Of a stretch of DNA of 64,000 nt, positions 52,397 through 62,816 are shown piece by piece (the stretch's first letter is position 1; every line of letters starts with the position of its first letter). Position numbers and translations under genes: made by a program. The notes under the pieces were generated by a model, which was given only the letters and a program-made list of their open reading frames with translations, was not told the DNA's origin and ran no database searches. Origin of the DNA: Chlorobiota bacterium (lineage in GTDB: Bacteria; Bacteroidota; Ignavibacteria; Kapaibacteriales; NICIL-2); the NCBI GenBank assembly GCA_026415505.1, contig JAOAGY010000032.1:294159-358158 (forward strand). Direction: 5' to 3'.

Positions 52397-53644
52397 TCAA
52401 TTTTCGAATCTGCGGAAACAGAGCGTGACGTTGTGCCCGCCGAAGCCGAAGGAATTGCTCAATGCAGCATCGAAGCTGCGTCGTTGCGGCACGTTCGGGA
52501 CGTAGTCGAGGTCGCATTCCGGATCGGGCGTGGTGTAGTTGATCGTCGGTGGGCAGATTTGGTGGTAAAGCGCCAGCACGGTCACGATCGCTTCGACAGC
52601 GCCGGCAGCACCAAGAAGGTGTCCCGTCATGGATTTGGTGGAGCTGACCGCGAGCCGATAGGCATGATCGCCGAAGACTGTCTTGATCGCTTCGGTTTCG
52701 TTCTTGTCGTTGTAGGGCGTCGAGGTGCCGTGCGCATTGATGTAGCCGATGTCTTCGGGCGACAATCCTGCGTCGTCGAGACACAGACGCATCGAACGAA
52801 CTGCACCCTCTCCGCCCGGTGGCGGTGCGGTGATGTGATACGCATCGTCGGTCAAGCCGAAGCCGGCGAGCTCGGCATAAATGCGTGCGTTTCGCCGCAC
52901 AGCGTGTTCGAGCGATTCGAGCACGAGCGCACCGCCGCCTTCTCCCATCACGAAACCATCGCGCTCGGCATCGAACGGACGGCTGGCTTTCTCCGGCTGC
53001 TCGTTGCGCGTCGAAAGCGCTTTCATCGCGTTGAATCCACCGATCCCCATCGGACAGATGACAGCTTCGCTCCCCCCGACGATCATCACGTCTGCACAGC
53101 CGCGTTCGATGAGCATTGCTCCATCGGCGATGGCATGGGCACTGGTCGCGCACGCACTGACGGTGCCGTAATTGGGACCGCGGAATTTCCAGCGAATCGC
53201 GATGTGACCGGCAGCGATGTCCGAGATGAGCATCGGAATGAAAAACGGCGAGATGCGATCGGGCTTGCCACCGTGTTGATAGAGCAGCTCTTGTTGGCGA
53301 TGGTACGTCCACATGCCGCCGATGCCGCTACCGAAGACGACACCGACACGGTCGCCGTCGAGCTGTCCATCGAGCAAACCGGCGTCGTCGAGCGCCATCG
53401 CAACCGACGATATCGCATACTGCGTGAAGAGGTCCATCCGCTGGACGTCTTTCCGACTCATGTGGAGAAGCGGATCGTATCCCTTGACCTCGCAGGCGAA
53501 ACGCGTTTCATAGTCCGATGCATCGAATTTCGTGATCGGTCCAGCGCCGCTTTTGCCTGCGAGCATATTCTCCCACATTTCTGCGACGGAATTGCCGACG
53601 GGAGTGACCGCTCCCATGCCGGTTACAACGATACGCTTGCGCAT
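52397..53644 (-). CDS. fabF: 3-oxoacyl-ACP synthase II
   Basis: 415 aa from MRKRIVVTGMGAVTP. Active-site Cys region GPNYGTVSACATSAHAI. HxH/His motifs present. Confidence 0.9.
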   Translation of the reverse strand: MRKRIVVTGMGAVTPVGNSVAEMWENMLAGKSGAGPITKFDASDYETRFACEVKGYDPLLHMSRKDVQRMDLFTQYAISSVAMALDDAGLLDGQLDGDRVGVVFGSGIGGMWTYHRQQELLYQHGGKPDRISPFFIPMLISDIAAGHIAIRWKFRGPNYGTVSACATSAHAIADGAMLIERGCADVMIVGGSEAVICPMGIGGFNAMKALSTRNEQPEKASRPFDAERDGFVMGEGGGALVLESLEHAVRRNARIYAELAGFGLTDDAYHITAPPPGGEGAVRSMRLCLDDAGLSPEDIGYINAHGTSTPYNDKNETEAIKTVFGDHAYRLAVSSTKSMTGHLLGAAGAVEAIVTVLALYHQICPPTINYTTPDPECDLDYVPNVPQRRSFDAALSNSFGFGGHNVTLCFRRFEN

Positions 53645-53737
53645 CAGTGGCACCACCACAGTGAAACAGCACGCGCCGGTACGTGCAACGTAACCGCGCG
53701 ACACGCACCGGCGTGCGATTCGACGTCAGCGGACCGA

Positions 53738-53983
53738 TTACGATTCAGCACCGACTTTCGATTCGAGGTAACTGATCGCATCCCCGACGGTCTGGATTTT
53801 CTCGGCGTCGCTGTCTTCGATCGTGATATTGAAGGCGCGCTCGAATTCCATGATCAGTTCGACCGTATCGAGCGAATCTGCCCCCAAATCCTTCGTGAAC
53901 GACGCTGTCGGCGTTACCTGACTTTCTTCGACGCCGAGCTTGTTGACAATGATTTCCTTGACCTTATCAGCGACTGCTGACAT
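53738..53983 (-). CDS. acpP: Acyl carrier protein
   Basis: 81 aa from [12 protein letters not shown]. Phosphopantetheine attachment motif DLGADSLD. Confidence 0.9.
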   Translation of the reverse strand: MSAVADKVKEIIVNKLGVEESQVTPTASFTKDLGADSLDTVELIMEFERAFNITIEDSDAEKIQTVGDAISYLESKVGAES

Positions 53984-54035
53984 AGCGCAAACCTCGGATG
54001 AAGGTGAAACAAAAAAACTGATACTCTCGGCGCCG

Positions 54036-54788
54036 TCATGGCAGCATAACCATCCCACCATCGACGGCGATCGTTTGCCCAGTTATGTAGCGTGCGTCTT
54101 CCGATAGCAAAAATGCAACAACAGCAGCGACATCGTCGCCGGTACCGGCACGACCGAGCGGTACCGATTGCAGCAAGGCTTGACGTTGCTGGTCGGTGAG
54201 CTTGCCGGTCATGTCGGTTTCGATGTATCCCGGCGCAATGCAGTTGACCAAGATATTGCGTGACGCAAGCTCACGAGCGGCGGATTTGGTGAACGCAATG
54301 ACACCGGCTTTCGAGGCTGCGTAGTTGGCTTGCCCTGCGTTACCCGTAATGCCGACCACCGAGCTGATGTTGACGATTCGCCCCTGCCGTTGCGCGAGCA
54401 TCGGTCGCAGTACTGCTTTGGTCATCGTGAACACACTGCGGAGGTTGGTTGCGATGACCTCGTCCCAGTCGCTTTCGCTCATTCGCAAAAGCAAAGTATC
54501 GCGCGTAATGCCGGCGTTGTTGACCAGCCCGTCGATGCGAGACGATTCGGCGAGCACCGTTTCGACGAATCGCTGACACGCTGCGCCGTCGCGAACGTCG
54601 AGCTGGTGAAAACGAACCGAAAATCCGGCTGCAGTCAACTCGGCAGCTATGGCATCGGCAGAGGCTGACGAGGCGTTGTACGTTGCATGAACCGTCGCGC
54701 CCTCGTGAGCAAGACGACGGATAATCGCTTCGCCGATTCCACGCGATCCACCGGTTACAATGACGACACTTCCTTCGAGTTTACTCAT
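54036..54788 (-). CDS. fabG: 3-oxoacyl-ACP reductase
   Basis: 250 aa from [22 protein letters not shown] catalytic YxxxK (YAASKAG). Confidence 0.9.
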   Translation of the reverse strand: MSKLEGSVVIVTGGSRGIGEAIIRRLAHEGATVHATYNASSASADAIAAELTAAGFSVRFHQLDVRDGAACQRFVETVLAESSRIDGLVNNAGITRDTLLLRMSESDWDEVIATNLRSVFTMTKAVLRPMLAQRQGRIVNISSVVGITGNAGQANYAASKAGVIAFTKSAARELASRNILVNCIAPGYIETDMTGKLTDQQRQALLQSVPLGRAGTGDDVAAVVAFLLSEDARYITGQTIAVDGGMVMLP

Positions 54789-55726
54789 GGCTGAATCATG
54801 TGACGATTGTTTACAACGTCGTTGTACGTATCCATCCCAACGACCTCGACGTCTTTTCCGAGAGTTCGACGTACCAAGCCTTGCAGAACATTTTTCGGTC
54901 CGATCTCGACGAAACGCAGGATACCGTTTTCGTGCATCGAACGGAGAATGCTCGTCCAACGGACCGGCGAGGTGAGCTGCTCGATGAGAAGCGAGCGAAT
55001 TTCTTCGACCGATTCCGTCGGCAAGCCGGTAGCATTCATGTACACAGGAAAGCGCGGCTGATTCATATGCGTTGCACGGATGGCAGCCGCCAATTCGTCG
55101 CGTGCCGATGCCATGAGCGGCGAGTGAAACGCACCACTGACGGGAAGCTCCGTCACCATACGTGCCCCAGCTTCTTTGAAACGCGGCAGAAGAGCCAACA
55201 CTGCATCGCGATCGCCGCTGACGACGATCTGTCCCGGCGAGTTGTAGTTGGCTGCGACGACCGTTCCCTGTGCATCGCGGCATATCGCTTCGACCGTTTC
55301 GTCGTCGAGTCCGATCACCGCTGCCATTGCACCAGGACGCTCGATCCCTGCTCGATACATCAGCTCTCCTCGCAGCGAAACCAAACGCAAGGCATCGTCG
55401 AACGACAGCACACCGGCTGCGTAGAGCGCCGTGTATTCACCGAGCGAATGCCCTGCTACGGCTGCACAAACGTACTCCCCTACTGCCGCCAAGACAGCAG
55501 CTTCGTGCACGAACAGCGCAGGCTGTGTGTATCGTGTTTGGCGAAGAGTTTCTTCGGGACCTTCGAAACAAAATGCCGAAAGCTTGTAGCCGACGATTGC
55601 ATCGGCACGATCGAACACTCCACAAGCGGCAGCGCTGGCGTCGTAGAGCGATCGTCCCATGCCGACGTACTGAGAGCCTTGTCCGCTGAACAGGAGTGCA
55701 GTTTTTGTGGATTGTGATTGTGCCAT
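54785..55726 (-). CDS. fabD: Malonyl-CoA:ACP transacylase
   Basis: 313 aa. N-terminus LLFSGQGSQYVGMG and active site GHSLGEY. Confidence 0.9.
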   Translation of the reverse strand: MAQSQSTKTALLFSGQGSQYVGMGRSLYDASAAACGVFDRADAIVGYKLSAFCFEGPEETLRQTRYTQPALFVHEAAVLAAVGEYVCAAVAGHSLGEYTALYAAGVLSFDDALRLVSLRGELMYRAGIERPGAMAAVIGLDDETVEAICRDAQGTVVAANYNSPGQIVVSGDRDAVLALLPRFKEAGARMVTELPVSGAFHSPLMASARDELAAAIRATHMNQPRFPVYMNATGLPTESVEEIRSLLIEQLTSPVRWTSILRSMHENGILRFVEIGPKNVLQGLVRRTLGKDVEVVGMDTYNDVVNNRHMIQP

Positions 55727-55735
55727 AACAGTGTT

Positions 55736-56743
55736 CTACGATTGTTCGCGATCGATCCGCGGAAGCGACCATCGCAACCAGAGGCTGCCCCAGGTGTAGC
55801 CAGCGCCGAAACTGGCAAGGATGAGATTGTCGCCCGGCGCGAGTTTGCCGGAACTGTACAGTTCGGACAGACAAATCGGTATCGTCGCTGCTGTCGTGTT
55901 CCCGTAGCGATCGATGTTGATCATCACTTTGTCTTTGGTCAAGCCCATGCGTCGCGCTGTGGCATCGATGATTCGCAGGTTCGCCTGGTGCGGCACGAGC
56001 CATGCGATGTCGTCGGCAGTGAGGTTGTTTCGCTCCATGATCGCCGCCGAGACTTCCGCCATCCCGACCACTGCAGCTTTGAACACGGTTTGCCCGTCTT
56101 GGAAAACGAAGTGTTCTTTTGCAGCGACTGTTTCGTGCGATGGCGGACGCAAGCTTCCTCCTGCTGGCATGTAGAGGTAACGTCCGCCCTCACCGTCCAT
56201 GCGAATGATCGCATCCTGAACGCCGAGCGCATCGTCGGTCGTTGGCTCGACCAGTACGACACCGGCACCGTCGCCGAAGAGAACGCACGTGGCGCGGTCT
56301 TCGAAGTTGACGATCGAGCTCATTTTGTCGGCGCCGCAGAGCAGGACGTTTCGTGCACCGCCCGATTCGACGAGCTTTGCAGCGACCCACAAACCGTAAA
56401 CGAATCCCGAACAGGCGGCGTTCAAATCGAATCCCCATGCGTTGACCGCGCCGAGTTTGCGCTGAACGTTGGCTGCCGTCGAGGGGAAAAATTGGTCCGG
56501 CGTCACCGTGCAGACGATGATGCAATCGATGTCGGTCGGCTCGATTCCCCGCTGCTGGAGTACCTTCTGCGCAGCCGGCACGATCATATCGGACGTACCG
56601 CCTTGGCGCAAGAAGCGGCGTTCGACGATACCGGTTCGTTCGCGAATCCACTCGTCGCTGGTGTCGAGGAAACTGGCGAACCAGTTGTTGTCGAAAACGT
56701 CCGGCGGTACGTAATGCGCGACTGCGCTAATGTGCGCTTTCAT
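55736..56743 (-). CDS. fabH: 3-oxoacyl-ACP synthase III
   Basis: 335 aa from MKAHISAVAHYVPP. Active-site Cys AACSGFVYGL. HQAN and N..G motifs present. Confidence 0.9.
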   Translation of the reverse strand: MKAHISAVAHYVPPDVFDNNWFASFLDTSDEWIRERTGIVERRFLRQGGTSDMIVPAAQKVLQQRGIEPTDIDCIIVCTVTPDQFFPSTAANVQRKLGAVNAWGFDLNAACSGFVYGLWVAAKLVESGGARNVLLCGADKMSSIVNFEDRATCVLFGDGAGVVLVEPTTDDALGVQDAIIRMDGEGGRYLYMPAGGSLRPPSHETVAAKEHFVFQDGQTVFKAAVVGMAEVSAAIMERNNLTADDIAWLVPHQANLRIIDATARRMGLTKDKVMINIDRYGNTTAATIPICLSELYSSGKLAPGDNLILASFGAGYTWGSLWLRWSLPRIDREQS

Positions 56744-57786
56744 GCCTGTTCGAGTGTCGGTGAAGAATGTGCCGATGCAAGCGATTCCTCGATGCGCTCG
56801 TTGAGCCGAATACGGTGCATCTCCCACGCGCGGATGATCATGTTCGCGATCGCCAGTGGTGTGGATTTGCCATGACCGATGATGACGATACCGCGAACGC
56901 CGAGCAGAGGTACGCCGCCGTACTTCTGGTAGTCGAAATCGGCGAGCATTCGCCGCAACACCGGCGCGACGAGCGCGACTGCGAGCTTCGACAAAAGACT
57001 ACGCTCGCTGTACCGCAGTAGTACTGCTTTCAGCATCGGCATAATGCTCTCGGCGAACTTGAGAACGACGTTGCCCGTGAACCCATCGCAGACGACGACA
57101 TCGGCTTTGCCACCGAAAATGTCGCGCCCTTCGACGTTGCCGATGAAGTTGACACCGTTGCGGGCAAGAAGCTGATGTGCTTGTCGAACGACGTCGGTGC
57201 CTTTCGTCGGTTCCTCGCCGATGTTGAGCAAACCGACCCGTGGACGCTCGATCCCACCGACGAGCTCCGCGTAGAGACTGCCCATCACGGCGAACTCGTA
57301 GAGAAACTGCGGCTTGACCTCGGCATTGGCGCCAACGTCGAGAACAAGGCACGGACGGCTACCGGCGGTCGGGAAAAACGCACCGATGGTCGGTCGCGCG
57401 ACACCACGGATTCGACCGAGCAGCAACGTCGCAGCCGAGAGCACCGCACCGGTATTGCCTGCGGAAATGAATGCATCGGCATTTCCGCTGCGGAGCACCT
57501 CCAATCCTTTGATCAAGGACGAATCCGGCTTGGTACGCACGACACTTGCCGGATCGTCGTGCATTGTGACGACATCGGATGCATCCGTAATGGTTATCGT
57601 CGAAGGTGGATCGGACGTGCGTTGCAAGGCGGCGCTGATGCGCGTGCGATCGCCGACGAGCTCGATCGTGTGCTCGACGTTGCGTGCAGCGAGCATGCGG
57701 CTGGCATGAACAGCACCGGCAACCTCGCTTTCTGGAGCAGTGTCGCCCCCCATGGCATCGAGCACGATTCGGAAAACCTCACCCAC
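56740..57786 (-). CDS. plsX: Phosphate acyltransferase PlsX
   Basis: There is no in-frame ATG before the conserved IVLDAMGGD N-terminal motif, so a GTG start at 57786 (V in SVGEV) is inferred. The rest is the PlsX core (…VVVCDGFTGNVVLK…). The ORF-track extension to 58065 would overlap rpmF. Confidence 0.8.
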   Translation of the reverse strand: MGEVFRIVLDAMGGDTAPESEVAGAVHASRMLAARNVEHTIELVGDRTRISAALQRTSDPPSTITITDASDVVTMHDDPASVVRTKPDSSLIKGLEVLRSGNADAFISAGNTGAVLSAATLLLGRIRGVARPTIGAFFPTAGSRPCLVLDVGANAEVKPQFLYEFAVMGSLYAELVGGIERPRVGLLNIGEEPTKGTDVVRQAHQLLARNGVNFIGNVEGRDIFGGKADVVVCDGFTGNVVLKFAESIMPMLKAVLLRYSERSLLSKLAVALVAPVLRRMLADFDYQKYGGVPLLGVRGIVIIGHGKSTPLAIANMIIRAWEMHRIRLNERIEESLASAHSSPTLEQA

Positions 57787-57815
57787 CGATCGGCGCGGAC
57801 GTGGTGAGAACTCGG

Positions 57816-57992
57816 TTAGGAGACTTGGAGAATTTTGCGACCGTTGTAGTAGCCGCACTCGGTGCACACCGCATGCGACAATTTCGGCGAGCCGCAGTTC
57901 GGACACGTCGAGCTGGTGTGCGGCACTGCTTTGTAGTGCGTGCGTCGCTTGTCGCGGCGCGATTTCGAGTGACGTCGTTTCGGATTCGGCAT
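57816..57992 (-). CDS. rpmF: 50S ribosomal protein L32
   Basis: Absent from the ORF track because it is below the length cutoff. The minus-strand translation is MPNPKRRHSKSRRDKRRTHYKAVPHTSSTCPNCGSPKLSHAVCTECGYYNGRKILQVS. Conserved position between yceD and plsX. Confidence 0.8.
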   Translation of the reverse strand: MPNPKRRHSKSRRDKRRTHYKAVPHTSSTCPNCGSPKLSHAVCTECGYYNGRKILQVS

Positions 57993-58022
57993 CGTATTGA
58001 CTCGAACAGTGTGTGACAGTCG

Positions 58023-58571
58023 TTAGCGTTCGTTGTGATTGCGAAGCTGTTCCAGCGCGCTCCACGGATTGGTTCGATGTTCGGCGCTGTCATCGTGAAC
58101 ATGCGCAGTATCGCCGAGCACCGTTCGCGCATATTCAGCGAAGGTCATGTGACGAAACTGCGGCGCGACACGCTTGATCGGTAACCGAACGGACAATTCT
58201 TCGGCGACATCGGCTGTGATGTCCACGAACGTATCGTCCTCGCGCAACAACCGCAGCGCGTAGGGATCGTTTTCGATGCGTTGCCGCTGATTCGGCTGCC
58301 GCAAGTACAGCTCGGTGTCTTGCACGTACGACAGCGCGAACTCGGCTTCGATTGGTTCATCGAACGGTTCGAGGGAGTAGTCGCACGTCAACCGCGCTGT
58401 TCCTCGAACCACGAGCTGGAGCACGAATTTCTTGCCCGTCTTGTGCAAAACGCCGCTGACTGAGACATCGCCGATGAACTCCGGGAAGATACCCTCGACC
58501 TCGGTCGCTTCGACGACCATCGCGATGGCATGTTCACCATTGGAAAGACCGTTGATCGGGACGCGAACCAT
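58023..58571 (-). CDS. yceD: YceD/DUF177 family protein (ribosome-associated; precedes rpmF)
   Basis: 182 aa, acidic. Conserved synteny yceD-rpmF-plsX-fabHDG-acpP-fabF-rnc. Confidence 0.75.
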   Translation of the reverse strand: MVRVPINGLSNGEHAIAMVVEATEVEGIFPEFIGDVSVSGVLHKTGKKFVLQLVVRGTARLTCDYSLEPFDEPIEAEFALSYVQDTELYLRQPNQRQRIENDPYALRLLREDDTFVDITADVAEELSVRLPIKRVAPQFRHMTFAEYARTVLGDTAHVHDDSAEHRTNPWSALEQLRNHNER

Positions 58572-58644
58572 TGTTCATCGGCTGAGCGTTAGTTGCGACC
58601 GAAAATCGCGTTGCAAATATACGGCGTATCCTGCGCCGAGCTGT

Positions 58645-60345
58645 TTACTTGCAGTCGAGCTGTTTGAGGTTTTTCCGTGCGACGTCGAGCGACGAATTCA
58701 AGCGAAGCGCCTCGCGGTAGTACTTGCATGCATTGTCCCGATCGCCGATTCCCTGATAGCCGACCGCTAAATACAATGCCGCTTCGGCACGATCGGGATC
58801 GGCTTTGAACCATTCTTGCGCCGTCGCTTTCAGCTCGTCGAACTGTTTGCCCTCGAGCAAGTACTGGCAATAGAGCGTGTAGAGCAAACTTCGATCCGAA
58901 GCTGTCTTGGCTTTTGTGACTCCCCGGCGCAACACTGCAAGCACCTCGTCCATTTTCGCTCCGCTCGACTTGAGTGCAGCCGCCAACAAGCGATAGGTGA
59001 ACACGATGTTCGAATCGAGTGCCAGCGATCGTTGGAGCGATGCGATAGCATCGGCTGGACGATTGGCGGAAAACTGCGCGGCACCCATGAGGGCATAAAT
59101 CCTGGCTGCGTTGGTATCCTGACAGTTGTTCAAATATCGCTGATAAAGCGTTATCGCGTCGTCGTACTGCTGACGAGTACGGTACAACTCAGCCAGGCGA
59201 TACATCGTCAAGCATCGCGACGAATCCTTATCGACAGCATCACGCAGGACTGAGACGGCATTGGTCGTATCGCCCGAGAGAATCAGCGAATAGCCATAGC
59301 GTTCCCGATCGAGCGTGTTGTCGAGGAGCGACGGCTGTTCGGTCGCCAGCGTGCGAAATTGAGCGGCTGCATCGGCGTAACGTTTTCGGTCGAAGTAGCA
59401 GCGGGCGAGCAACAGTCGAGCTTTTGCACGAACCGAGTCAATGTTCTCGATCGCAAAGCGCAAGTATTGTTCAGCATTCTCGCAGTCGCCGATGCGTTCG
59501 AAGGATTGCGCTGCATACCACCGCGCTATCGTCGCATTCGGCGCGTCAGGTCTGAGCTGCACGTACTTGCTCAGCGAGCGCGCAGCATCGGAAAAGCGAC
59601 TGGCATAGAAAAAGATTTTGCCCTGTTCGAAGTAGGCACGTGCATACGTCGAATCGCGCTTGATGATTTCCGCCCACTCCTGCAGCGAACGCGAGTAGTA
59701 CTCGTTCGCGAGTGCATTGTCGACGACCTCGGCATTACCGAGCCGGAAGTACACGAGCGCTAATTTTTCGCGTGCATCGAGATTGTTCGGATCGAGCTTG
59801 AGAGCTTGTTCGTAGTTGTCTTTCGCCAGCAGATACACGCGTTGGGAAAAGTACAAATCCCCGAGCGCCAAGAAGCCATCGGGTATGCTTTTGTCCATCT
59901 CGCGCGCCTTGGTGATTTCCAGTTCGGCAGCACGAATGGAGTCGGCAGCGAGCAGCGCTTGACCGTACGCCAGGCGCAAGTACACGTTCTTCGGATTCGA
60001 TCGAAGCGCGCGCTGCAACACTTCGAGCGCTTGTTTGTGCTCGCCGGACTGGCTCAATGCACGTGCATACCGACGCACAGCATCCACGTTGTCGCGGTCT
60101 TTTTGGTAGGCTCGCTGGTAATACGATAGCGCTTTCGAGGGGTTTTCGAGCTGAGTGAAAATATCGCCGGCGAGCAAGAGCGCGTCGAGATTCGATGGTT
60201 CGCGCTGAAGGTATGCTTCGATCGCCGCGGCAGCGTCGGTGTAGCGTTTTTCCTCGAAAAGCTGCTTTGCCCGATCGAAATCGTCTGCGATTAGCGGCGC
60301 ACAAATCAAAAGCAATGCCCAAGCGGCACGAGCGATCGTTCGCAT
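58645..60345 (-). CDS. Tetratricopeptide (TPR) repeat protein, secreted
   Basis: 566 aa from the internal Met (MRTIARAAWALLLICAPLIA). Regular 34-aa TPR-like repeats throughout. Confidence 0.7.
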   Translation of the reverse strand: MRTIARAAWALLLICAPLIADDFDRAKQLFEEKRYTDAAAAIEAYLQREPSNLDALLLAGDIFTQLENPSKALSYYQRAYQKDRDNVDAVRRYARALSQSGEHKQALEVLQRALRSNPKNVYLRLAYGQALLAADSIRAAELEITKAREMDKSIPDGFLALGDLYFSQRVYLLAKDNYEQALKLDPNNLDAREKLALVYFRLGNAEVVDNALANEYYSRSLQEWAEIIKRDSTYARAYFEQGKIFFYASRFSDAARSLSKYVQLRPDAPNATIARWYAAQSFERIGDCENAEQYLRFAIENIDSVRAKARLLLARCYFDRKRYADAAAQFRTLATEQPSLLDNTLDRERYGYSLILSGDTTNAVSVLRDAVDKDSSRCLTMYRLAELYRTRQQYDDAITLYQRYLNNCQDTNAARIYALMGAAQFSANRPADAIASLQRSLALDSNIVFTYRLLAAALKSSGAKMDEVLAVLRRGVTKAKTASDRSLLYTLYCQYLLEGKQFDELKATAQEWFKADPDRAEAALYLAVGYQGIGDRDNACKYYREALRLNSSLDVARKNLKQLDCK

Positions 60346-60352
60346 CACGTGG

Positions 60353-61243
60353 CTATTCTTGTTCGACAAGTTGGAATCGAGCGTAAGCGGGTACGACTCC
60401 CGCCTCGAGCATCGCACGTTGTGGCTGGGGTTCGTGCGCAATGCTCGAAACGACGCCGAAAGGAAAATTACGTGCTGTTTCCAGAAGGTAGCCGTAAATC
60501 GGCACACGGAATGGGTAGCGCTCCTTGACGATCGTTGCCGGGTGCGGAGCAATGGCGATACGATCGCCGGTTGCTGTGTCCCGCACGACGATCCGCAGCG
60601 CACGAAGTTGCAGACTATCCTTCCAACGATTGAATTGCGACAGCAGCACAATACCGATGTCAGCACGCCGCTCGGCAAGAAGACGGAAAACATCTTCTCC
60701 CACCGGAGTGCTTATGCCACGCAAACGAATGCCGCTGACGAACGAAGCAAGATTTGCCGTCACCGACGATGACGGATACGGAATCGCCCATCGGTACGAC
60801 GAAAGGCTCGTTGTTTTGCCCTCGATCGTATTGCGCAAAACCGCTTCGTCAACCGTATCGAGCTGCAAGGATCTCGGCACTGCAAAAACGAGCGCATCGG
60901 TTGCGATCGGCAGCCGTTTGTGCGGCTCGATCGAATACGCACGGAGCAACGAATCTTCCTGCGGCAAGTAATCGCGTGCGATAAATGCCGCGCGAACCGT
61001 ACCGGCAAGCAGTCGCTGCATCGCTTCGGCTGCCGATAGCGTGTCGAGCTCGATCGTAGCCTGCTCGTGATGCGATCGGAACCACTCGATTTGCGGACCG
61101 ATGAGTGCGACGATTTCTCTATCGCATGCAATACGCGCCGTGCCACGAAAGAGCGTTTCTCCCCCTTGCTGCTGCTGATCGCAGGCTACAAAGAGCGGCA
61201 GCAATATCGCTACTGCAACGACGTTAGCCAGCGCTCTCTTCAT
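60353..61243 (-). CDS. Periplasmic substrate-binding (PBP/PstS-like) lipoprotein
   Basis: Start at internal Met17 with the lipobox-like LPLFVAC. Type-2 periplasmic-binding-fold-like sequence. Sits in the position conserved downstream of tonB in Bacteroidota-type exbB-exbD-tonB clusters. Confidence 0.55.
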   Translation of the reverse strand: MKRALANVVAVAILLPLFVACDQQQQGGETLFRGTARIACDREIVALIGPQIEWFRSHHEQATIELDTLSAAEAMQRLLAGTVRAAFIARDYLPQEDSLLRAYSIEPHKRLPIATDALVFAVPRSLQLDTVDEAVLRNTIEGKTTSLSSYRWAIPYPSSSVTANLASFVSGIRLRGISTPVGEDVFRLLAERRADIGIVLLSQFNRWKDSLQLRALRIVVRDTATGDRIAIAPHPATIVKERYPFRVPIYGYLLETARNFPFGVVSSIAHEPQPQRAMLEAGVVPAYARFQLVEQE

Positions 61244-61442
61244 CCTCAGTGGCGGGTCGGTTGCGAAACAACAGGTACAAACGCACACCACCGAACAAAA
61301 TCGCCAGTACGCCGAACAATCGAATCGTATCGTCCCGACCGAAGAGTAAAAGCACTATTCCCGCCACTATGATCGCTCCCCGCACCAATCCGGTCACGAG
61401 CAGCATCGGCGTCCATGCAGTTTTGCGCTGAGGTGTGTCCAA
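61224..61442 (-). CDS. Small hypothetical membrane protein (72 aa)
   Basis: Two predicted hydrophobic helices (…MLLVTGLVRGAIIVAGIVLLLF…VLAILFGGVRLYLLF…). Lies between tonB and the PBP gene. Coding status uncertain. Confidence 0.35.
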   Translation of the reverse strand: MDTPQRKTAWTPMLLVTGLVRGAIIVAGIVLLLFGRDDTIRLFGVLAILFGGVRLYLLFRNRPATEDEESAG

Positions 61443-61457
61443 TGTCCCGCATGTCCG

Positions 61458-62234
61458 TTACTTGATCTTGAAGATGATCGGGATGGTCACCCACACGTCG
61501 ATGGGGTTGCCGTTTTGGATCGCCGGTGTGAACGTCGTCGCCAGCACAGCCTTGAGCGCAGCGTCGTTGAGCATTTCGCTCGGCGAATCGGCGACGAATG
61601 CACGCTTTGGCTTGCCGTCTTTGCCGACGAGAACTTTCACGACGACTTTCCCTTCGATACCGGCGCGGCGCGCAATTTCGGGATACTGAACGCGGCGCTG
61701 CAAGTCGGCGTAGTCGAATTCCGGTTCTTTTTCGACGAACACGAACTCATCGGGATCGGGCTCTTGCTCTTTTTGCACGCGGGCATCCGGCGCGATAATG
61801 GTCCCGTCGCCGATGCCGAATCCACCCATATCGACGCCTTCACCACCTTTCGACGTCGCACGCGCGACATCTTCGACGTTAGCGAAATCTTTTGCGTCCG
61901 GCGAGAGCAACGTTTCAGGAACAGGCACCGGATTGCCAGCGACCGTCGGCGGTCCGCCAGCGATGGCAACATTCGTTGGTGGCGGAGGCGCTACTTCCGG
62001 TTGATTCGCTGGTGGAGGCGGTAGGTCGGAAAGTTTGATGCGAACGACAGGAATTTTCGGTTTGAGTGCCAGCGCGCGTTCGTGAAGGTAATTGTACACG
62101 AAAAAGCCGAGAAAGAGCAACAACAAAAGCAGCAACGCAATTCCGAACGCCCGGTAGGTGTATCGCCGGATCCACTCCTTCAGTTCGAAAGCGCCGTAGG
62201 TGCGTTGCGGCACTGTGACTGTGGCAATTGTCAT
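61458..62234 (-). CDS. tonB: Energy transducer TonB
   Basis: N-terminal TM anchor, a Pro-rich spacer (PPPPANQPEVAPPPPT) and a C-terminal TonB domain (…GIEGKVVVKVLVGKDGKP…). Confidence 0.8.
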   Translation of the reverse strand: MTIATVTVPQRTYGAFELKEWIRRYTYRAFGIALLLLLLLFLGFFVYNYLHERALALKPKIPVVRIKLSDLPPPPANQPEVAPPPPTNVAIAGGPPTVAGNPVPVPETLLSPDAKDFANVEDVARATSKGGEGVDMGGFGIGDGTIIAPDARVQKEQEPDPDEFVFVEKEPEFDYADLQRRVQYPEIARRAGIEGKVVVKVLVGKDGKPKRAFVADSPSEMLNDAALKAVLATTFTPAIQNGNPIDVWVTIPIIFKIK

Positions 62235-62236
62235 CG

Positions 62237-62794
62237 CTATAGCCCTTTGAGTTTTTCGACTTCTTCTGGGCTGAGCTTGACGAACGCGAACTTTCGTTCA
62301 CGTTTGAGACCTTCCGCTTGCAATTGACGAATGATCTCGGCTTCAGCTTGATTGAGAATGTCGAGAACCTGAACGACCGCGCCGTACGGTGCATCGGGAG
62401 ACGGTTTGAACGCCGTGATGAGTTTGTTTTTACGCAGCAAGTTCAGCTCGACTGCTTTCGCGCGCAGTTGGCTGTACTCGATCGGTTGTGGATCGTCGGC
62501 GCCCATGCTGAAAAAGAGCTTACCGTCTCCGCGTACATAGAGCGTAAAAAGGTTCGCTTGGTTGACTTCGACGTTTTCCTCGACTTCCTTCGGCACGCTG
62601 ATCTCCATCACTTGCGGTGTGACCATCGTGGTCGTGTACATGAAGAACGTCAGCAGCAAGAACACGATGTCCACCATCGGCGTCATGTCGATGCGGAATC
62701 CGACGCGTTTTTTCTTTTTGCGTTTGCTGTGCTTTTTACCTCGTCGCTGCCGTTCGGGGAGTTCTAAACCGCCACCGCCGCCTGCCATGTGCAC
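62237..62794 (-). CDS. exbD: Biopolymer transport protein ExbD/TolR (copy 2)
   Basis: 185 aa. Motif IDMTPMVDIVFLLLTFFM at the TM helix. Confidence 0.85.
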   Translation of the reverse strand: MHMAGGGGGLELPERQRRGKKHSKRKKKKRVGFRIDMTPMVDIVFLLLTFFMYTTTMVTPQVMEISVPKEVEENVEVNQANLFTLYVRGDGKLFFSMGADDPQPIEYSQLRAKAVELNLLRKNKLITAFKPSPDAPYGAVVQVLDILNQAEAEIIRQLQAEGLKRERKFAFVKLSPEEVEKLKGL

Positions 62795-62816
62795 GTGTTA
62801 GGATGAGTTCGACAAA

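Noticed and set aside
57786-58065. N-terminal extension of plsX to the ATG at 58065
   Set aside because: It overlaps the rpmF coding sequence in another frame. There is no Met between it and the conserved IVLDAMGGD N-terminus, and a GTG start is available at 57786.
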